IMG/VR virus record: IMGVR_UViG_3300037420_001739 | Coordinates: 1 to 55,425 of that record | Strand: one strand, 5' to 3' | Length of the DNA stretch: 55,425 nucleotides | Origin: a virus | Taxonomy: Duplodnaviria > Caudoviricetes | Part shown: piece after piece, positions 55,294 through 55,425 of the stretch | Position numbering within the stretch: position 1 is the first letter of the stretch | How the letters are laid out: each line of letters starts with the position of its first letter | Made by a program: the position numbers and the translations under genes | Notes under the pieces: model-generated | Told to the model about the DNA's origin: nothing | The model's input: the letters and a program-made list of their open reading frames with translations, nothing else | Databases searched by the model: none

Positions 55294-55425
55294 AACGGAT
55301 CAATTTTGAATTAACATGAACTCTTTATAGATATCGTTGAATTGCTTTGCTGCATACTCCGCTAAAGAGCTATCACGGAAGCAAAGGCGGGAGCCGACAT
55401 TCGAGTCGTGGTAGCCGTAGTAGAC
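55274..55425. repeat. Terminal repeat copy carrying an alternative VR1 allele
   Basis: The VR part (55381-55425) has 8 mismatches to the TR, all at adenines; it encodes VYYGYHDSNVGSRLC versus VYCHYVYSSVGSRLC at the left end. Confidence 0.93.

Noticed and set aside
55274-55425. A fourth DGR target gene, or a true terminal repeat of the virion DNA
   Set aside because: The flanking 126 bp, including the next gene's start, are identical to 1-126. An assembly overlap of one locus with two alleles is the simpler explanation.

Overview
This window is a complete, circularly permuted temperate siphovirus genome of about 55,273 bp. Bases 1-152 recur at 55274-55425. The host is probably a Bacteroidota (Chitinophagaceae-like) bacterium, inferred from Q-rule signal peptides, TAnnTTTG-type promoters and gene families. 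Almost all genes are on the minus strand. Modules: replication (PolA, SSB, DUF2800 nuclease, VirE primase-helicase, SNF2, VRR-NUC, C5 methylase), cI/cro switch, tyrosine integrase with an intact attP (tRNA-Leu-like core, arm repeats, IHF boxes), lysis (GH46-like endolysin), and head/tail. The main discovery is a compact diversity-generating retroelement (RT 5440-6414, TR 6515-6582) with no recognisable Avd gene. It diversifies three small, paralogous, apparently cytoplasmic early-region proteins rather than a tail fibre. The two contig ends carry two different alleles of one variable repeat, differing only at template adenines, which points to ongoing diversification. Other notable items: seven consecutive late genes with Sec/Q-rule signal peptides (fibre-like proteins, a metalloprotease, an esterase-glycosidase), a candidate ~270-nt structured ncRNA starting with an armless tRNA-like minihelix, a shared late-promoter motif, and a MuF protein with a C-terminal zincin domain. 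All calls come from reading motifs by eye; no database searches were run.
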